Notes under the pieces: model-generated
What the model was told of the DNA's origin: nothing
Seen by the model: the letters and a program-made list of their open reading frames with translations, nothing else
Database searches by the model: none
Origin: Leucoraja erinacea
Lineage: Eukaryota
DNA: 64,000 nucleotides
Direction: 5' to 3'
Assembly: GCF_028641065.1 (NCBI RefSeq)
Contig: NC_073383.1
Coordinates: 52,390,001-52,454,000 of the forward strand
Shown: positions 62,501 through 64,000 of the stretch, in pieces
Numbering within the stretch: position 1 is the first letter of the stretch
Layout: each line of letters opens with the position of its first letter
Program-made: the position numbers and the translations under genes

Positions 62501-62676
62501 CTATTACATTGACTTTCTACAAGTATTTGTAGATATGAGCATTTTAATCATTTGATCATTGTACACATTTTTAATTAAACTTGCATTTCAGGGCAATGGC
62601 ATCCCCAGCTACTCGAGAACAGTTTTTGCGTCAGATGGAACAGATTGTAGAAGGTATTAAGCAGAATCGCATGAAG
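8068..62676 (+). CDS. CCDC93: Coiled-coil domain-containing protein 93 (CCC/Commander subunit); spliced gene with 21 coding exons in the window, 3' end beyond the window
   Basis: Spliced translation [68 protein letters not shown]/.../[28 protein letters not shown] matches vertebrate CCDC93 as recalled. Exons have GT-AG boundaries and compatible phases, apart from the damaged exons 3-4. Confidence 0.97.
8505..8755 (-). mobile_element. Degenerate V-SINE copy
   Basis: Similar to 7355-7600 (aacctacaagc...tgcaaactcc.cagacagcacc). Confidence 0.7.
9255..9485 (+). mobile_element. CR1-type LINE 3' fragment
   Basis: [30 protein letters not shown] followed by a 3'UTR. Confidence 0.8.
10778..10891 (+). 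CDS. CCDC93: CCDC93 exon 2
   Basis: tag|[38 protein letters not shown]|gtgaga; 114 nt. Confidence 0.97.
10967..11258 (+). repeat. 24-bp minisatellite, ~12 units (GTCCATTGTGCTTCTGAACCAGAA)
   Basis: Directly visible tandem array ~75 nt after the exon 2 donor. Confidence 0.95.
11600..12630 (+). mobile_element. Rex1/Babar LINE RT fragment
   Basis: [36 protein letters not shown] and LYFLRRLRR motifs; stops and deletions; CTTGA-repeat tail. Confidence 0.9.
12635..13266 (-). mobile_element. CR1 LINE RT fragment
   Basis: [31 protein letters not shown] and [11 protein letters not shown]. Confidence 0.93.
13420..13700 (-). mobile_element. V-SINE copy
   Basis: Same family as 7355-7600. Confidence 0.8.
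14531..14755 (-). mobile_element. Solo LTR (Gypsy-type)
   Basis: TGTAGTG...CGCTACA termini; flanks GTAC/ATAC (4-bp TSD with 1 mismatch); TATA-like, CCAAT and E-box motifs; AATAAA on the minus strand. Confidence 0.65.
16020..16465 (+). mobile_element. CR1 LINE 3' end
   Basis: [21 protein letters not shown] plus the same 3'UTR and tail as 1-908. Confidence 0.93.
17031..17127 (+). CDS. CCDC93: CCDC93 exon 3 (apparent +2 nt frameshift in a G run)
   Basis: cag|[31 protein letters not shown](I)|gtaagt. It is 97 nt where the peptide needs 95, with the extra bases in GGTGGGGTATG. Confidence 0.9.
17712..17837 (+). CDS. CCDC93: CCDC93 exon 4 (middle garbled)
   Basis: tag|A GCC TTG..GAG AAA ATT GTA TCT GTT (AL.EKIVSV) and ATT CAG GGT CTG GAT TTC ATA CAC ATA TTC CCT GTT GTA CAG|gtgcgt ([14 protein letters not shown]). 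The middle resembles intronic 18185-18245. Confidence 0.8.
18803..19205 (-). mobile_element. V-SINE copy with an internal simple-repeat insertion
   Basis: Head at 19120-19205, tail at 18803-18960; (CTAG)-rich insert at ~18975-19060. Confidence 0.75.
19489..19587 (+). CDS. CCDC93: CCDC93 exon 5
   Basis: aag|[33 protein letters not shown]|gtgagt. Confidence 0.96.
19895..20560. mobile_element. Penelope-like fragments (inverted terminus + RT fragment)
   Basis: [25 protein letters not shown] and [14 protein letters not shown] on +; terminal repeat on - at 19895-20020. Confidence 0.75.
21197..21840 (-). mobile_element. CR1 LINE 3' end
   Basis: Reverse complement of the 1-908 family; [15 protein letters not shown]. 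Confidence 0.93.
21890..21946 (+). CDS. CCDC93: CCDC93 exon 6
   Basis: tag|[19 protein letters not shown]|gtaagt. Confidence 0.94.
23737..24915 (+). mobile_element. Internally deleted hAT DNA transposon with a CGGBP1-like transposase remnant
   Basis: TIR TAGAGCCAGGAT/ATCCTGGCTCTA; perfect 8-bp TSD CTTATCAG (23729-23736, 24916-24923). MPKVK...[26 protein letters not shown] is joined to [26 protein letters not shown]. Confidence 0.88.
23885..24347 (-). mobile_element. Rex1 LINE fragment nested in the hAT element
   Basis: [24 protein letters not shown]...[12 protein letters not shown]...LNEFYCRFD, homologous to the N-terminal part of the 57565-59154 ORF. Confidence 0.8.
26936..27036 (+). CDS. 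CCDC93: CCDC93 exon 7
   Basis: cag|[33 protein letters not shown](R)|gtatgg; 101 nt. Confidence 0.95.
27890..28115 (-). mobile_element. CR1 LINE 3'UTR fragment
   Basis: ggtgcaggagtagg.cattcggcccttc terminus, as in 21197-21840. Confidence 0.85.
28154..29177. mobile_element. Tc1/mariner-pogo (Tigger-like) MITE with a GC-rich foldback interior
   Basis: 22-bp TIR CAGGTGCACAACCTTTTATCCG at both ends; TA on both flanks. Confidence 0.9.
30005..33538 (+). repeat. Tandem duplication of a ~1767-bp intronic segment (30005-31771 / 31772-33538)
   Basis: Both copies start TCATTGAGTATCCTTTT and end CTACTGAGTC; identical ORFs at 30315 and 32082. Confidence 0.97.
33779..33815 (+). CDS. CCDC93: CCDC93 exon 8
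   Basis: Polypyrimidine tract, cag|(R)[12 protein letters not shown]|gtaaga; 37 nt, phase matches. Confidence 0.92.
34215..35125 (+). mobile_element. Degenerate Rex1-type LINE 3' end
   Basis: [22 protein letters not shown] and [14 protein letters not shown]. Confidence 0.8.
35441..35527 (+). CDS. CCDC93: CCDC93 exon 9
   Basis: cag|[29 protein letters not shown]|gtagat. Confidence 0.92.
37680..37730 (+). CDS. CCDC93: CCDC93 exon 10
   Basis: tag|[17 protein letters not shown]|gtatag. Confidence 0.92.
38030..38460 (+). repeat. Degenerate AT-rich tandem repeat (unit roughly 60-80 bp)
   Basis: Recurrent AACAAGCAAGG...GTGTCATTT(C/T)AAGGT.CAATTA motifs, about 5-6 copies. Confidence 0.6.
40449..40535 (+). 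CDS. CCDC93: CCDC93 exon 11
   Basis: cag|[29 protein letters not shown]|gtaaga. Confidence 0.96.
41506..41622 (+). CDS. CCDC93: CCDC93 exon 12
   Basis: cag|[39 protein letters not shown]|gtaaat. Confidence 0.95.
41881..43020 (-). mobile_element. Rex1/Babar LINE, 5'-truncated
   Basis: [24 protein letters not shown] and [11 protein letters not shown]; (CTTGA)n tail at 41881-41895. Confidence 0.93.
43509..43571 (+). CDS. CCDC93: CCDC93 exon 13
   Basis: tag|[21 protein letters not shown]|gtatga; 21 codons. Confidence 0.88.
43590..45560 (+). mobile_element. Cluster of old CR1 fragments and short interspersed repeats
   Basis: Degenerate [12 protein letters not shown] (43880-43930), [11 protein letters not shown] (44890-44930) and CR1-type 3'UTRs; palindromic repeat at 44590-44740. 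Confidence 0.6.
45792..45865 (+). CDS. CCDC93: CCDC93 exon 14
   Basis: cag|[24 protein letters not shown](S)|gtaaat; 74 nt. Confidence 0.93.
46083..46887 (-). mobile_element. Possible non-autonomous Helitron with a G-rich low-complexity core and 3x 27-bp repeat
   Basis: Minus strand starts A|TCTTTATATTACTAAAACTC and ends CTAG|T, with a weak subterminal hairpin (AAAGC...GCTTT); no TSD. Confidence 0.45.
47254..47335 (+). CDS. CCDC93: CCDC93 exon 15
   Basis: tag|(S)[27 protein letters not shown]|gtaaga; 82 nt. Confidence 0.95.
48438..48512 (+). CDS. CCDC93: CCDC93 exon 16
   Basis: cag|[25 protein letters not shown]|gtacat. Confidence 0.93.
49073..49144 (+). CDS. CCDC93: CCDC93 exon 17
   Basis: tag|[24 protein letters not shown]|gtaaga. 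Confidence 0.92.
50435..50543 (+). CDS. CCDC93: CCDC93 exon 18
   Basis: cag|[36 protein letters not shown](V)|gtatgt; 109 nt. Confidence 0.97.
51448..51530 (+). CDS. CCDC93: CCDC93 exon 19
   Basis: cag|(V)[27 protein letters not shown]|gtaagg; 83 nt. Confidence 0.97.
53150..55553 (+). mobile_element. L2-clade LINE nested in the Gypsy RT
   Basis: [50 protein letters not shown] and LKLNSDKTE; (ATT)n tail. Confidence 0.92.
54522..54657. other. Assembly gap (136 N)
   Basis: Run of N inside the L2 RT, directly after YADDT. Confidence 0.99.
56989..59260 (-). mobile_element. Young Rex1/Babar LINE nested in the Gypsy integrase tail
   Basis: 529-aa open RT frame ([40 protein letters not shown]); (CATAT)n tail at 56989-57005. 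Confidence 0.94.
59728..60194. mobile_element. Harbinger-like MITE
   Basis: TIR AGGGGCTGTC(G/C)CACTT ... AAGTGGGACAGCCCCT with TA-rich 3-bp flanks; internal CGACTA repeats; related to 5256-6451. Confidence 0.75.
60669..60706 (+). CDS. CCDC93: CCDC93 exon 20
   Basis: tag|[12 protein letters not shown](Q)|gtgagt; 38 nt. Confidence 0.94.
60784..62265 (-). mobile_element. Tc1 (DD34E) IR/DR-type DNA transposon with decayed transposase
   Basis: ~210-bp TIRs starting CAGT(A/G)CCCTCCATAATGTTTGGG with an inner direct repeat; TA flanks; [11 protein letters not shown] and [13 protein letters not shown] on the minus strand. Confidence 0.94.
62592..62676 (+). CDS. CCDC93: CCDC93 exon 21
   Basis: cag|(Q)[28 protein letters not shown]|gtaaga; 85 nt. 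Confidence 0.97.
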
Positions 62677-63164
62677 GTAAGAGTGCAATTAATTTCAAAT
62701 ACATTCTACTTGGTAATGTGATTAACTACTGATCAATGACATTTTGAGAGTAAAAGAAGAATTCTAGGCAGAAAATGGTAATGACAGTAAATTGGAGACT
62801 TAATTGAGAAACGTTCTAAGAAAGGATGGAGCTAACTAGAAATATTTTTTTGATATACAGTGGGTTGAGCTTGAATGGTTATTAATTTAGAATAGTGGGG
62901 GGAATCTATAATTTCTTCAAACATTCTTTCACATTTAAAGCTAACATCTAATCCAAACAAGATGGAAATTAATATGAAGAACACTTTTTTTCCAGTTTTA
63001 TAACTTGAGGGTCTATTTTGAATACTCAGGTTGACAGTGGTGAAACAAATTATAAAAGATATCAGTTGCTCAAAGTTCTCTGTCATCAATTAAATGTCAT
63101 TGCTAATCTCAAGCAGCTGATTTGCACATAAGGTTTCACAGATGACAAATTGAATGTTTAAACG

Positions 63165-63570
63165 AAGAACTGCAGGTACTGGTTTACAAAAAATACACAA
63201 AGTGCTGGATTAACTCAGAGGGTCAGGCAGCATCTCTAGAGAACATGGATAGGTGATGTGCTCAAAAAGCTGGAGTATCTCAGCAGGACAGGCAGCATCT
63301 CTGGAGAGAAGGAATGGGTGACGTTTTGGGTCGAGATCCTTCTTCAGACCAGGCCTCTGAAGAAGGGTCTCGACCCAAAACATCACCCATTCCTTTCCCA
63401 AGAGATGCAGCCTGTCCCGCTGAGTTACTCCAGTTTTTTGAGTCTATCTTCGGTTTCTACTTGCACATGGATAGATGATGTTTTGGGTTGGCACCTTGCT
63501 TTCTCCCACCATGAAATGTTATCTATCCATGTTCTCAAGGGATAGTGCCTGACTCGCAGAGTGACTTTAG
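63165..63570. mobile_element. Palindromic Penelope-terminus-derived repeat, nested in an older copy, with hammerhead-like motifs
   Basis: Arms 63263-63348 and 63356-63440 are reverse complements; each has CTGAAGAAGG(G/A)TCTCGACCCAAAAC(G/A)TC. Confidence 0.75.
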
Positions 63571-64000
63571 CATTGTGTGTCTTTTTTTAAATGGAATGTT
63601 TAACCAGTTTTTATGATTTTGGTGGAAGAGCAACAGCTGATATACTAGTTTACATATCTCAGTTTACAGAGCGCCATGTACTATGTTTACATATCAGATG
63701 TGCTGCTGCAAGTAATAATTATATTGCTCCGTTTTGGGACATATGATGATAAAGCACTCTTGAGGAGAATGTTGAATAAAATGTGCCAATAACATTTCTA
63801 CATGGGTAATATGCGGGCTGTACTTTAAATTTATTTATTGTTCATAGTAAATTAGCTATGAAAGATTTGCTTTAATGGACATTTATTTTCTTACTTTTGC
63901 AGCTAACAAATGTACTTTAAATGTAATGTCCTTTTTATAACTAGCTATACATGGCTATAAAAAAAATGTTTTTTGTTGGCCGCCTTCTCTCTGTCTCCCT

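Overview
This is eukaryotic, vertebrate genomic DNA. The repeat complement (CR1/HER1-like LINEs, HE1/V-SINE-like SINEs, Penelope, Rex1) suggests a cartilaginous fish such as a skate or ray (inference). The window holds the promoter and the first 21 coding exons of CCDC93 (CCC/Commander complex subunit) on the + strand, from ATG 8068 to exon 21 ending at 62676; the C-terminal exons lie beyond the window. Nineteen exons are clean GT-AG exons in consistent phase. Exons 3 and 4 are frameshifted or garbled inside a mosaic region (~16540-18250) that looks like an assembly consensus error. Introns and upstream DNA are mostly transposable elements: CR1, Rex1/Babar, L2, Nimb/I and Penelope retroelements; a two-LTR CsRn1-clade Gypsy with nested L2 and Rex1 insertions; a CGGBP1-like hAT with perfect TSD; a Tc1 IR/DR element; MITEs; SINEs; a 1.77-kb tandem duplication; and a 24-bp hairpin minisatellite. 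The most unusual signal is a dispersed family of minimal hammerhead-ribozyme-like motifs carried by Penelope-derived termini, including head-to-head palindromic units. No CRISPR array, rRNA or true tRNA gene is present. Protein and family assignments come from recalled motifs, not database searches.
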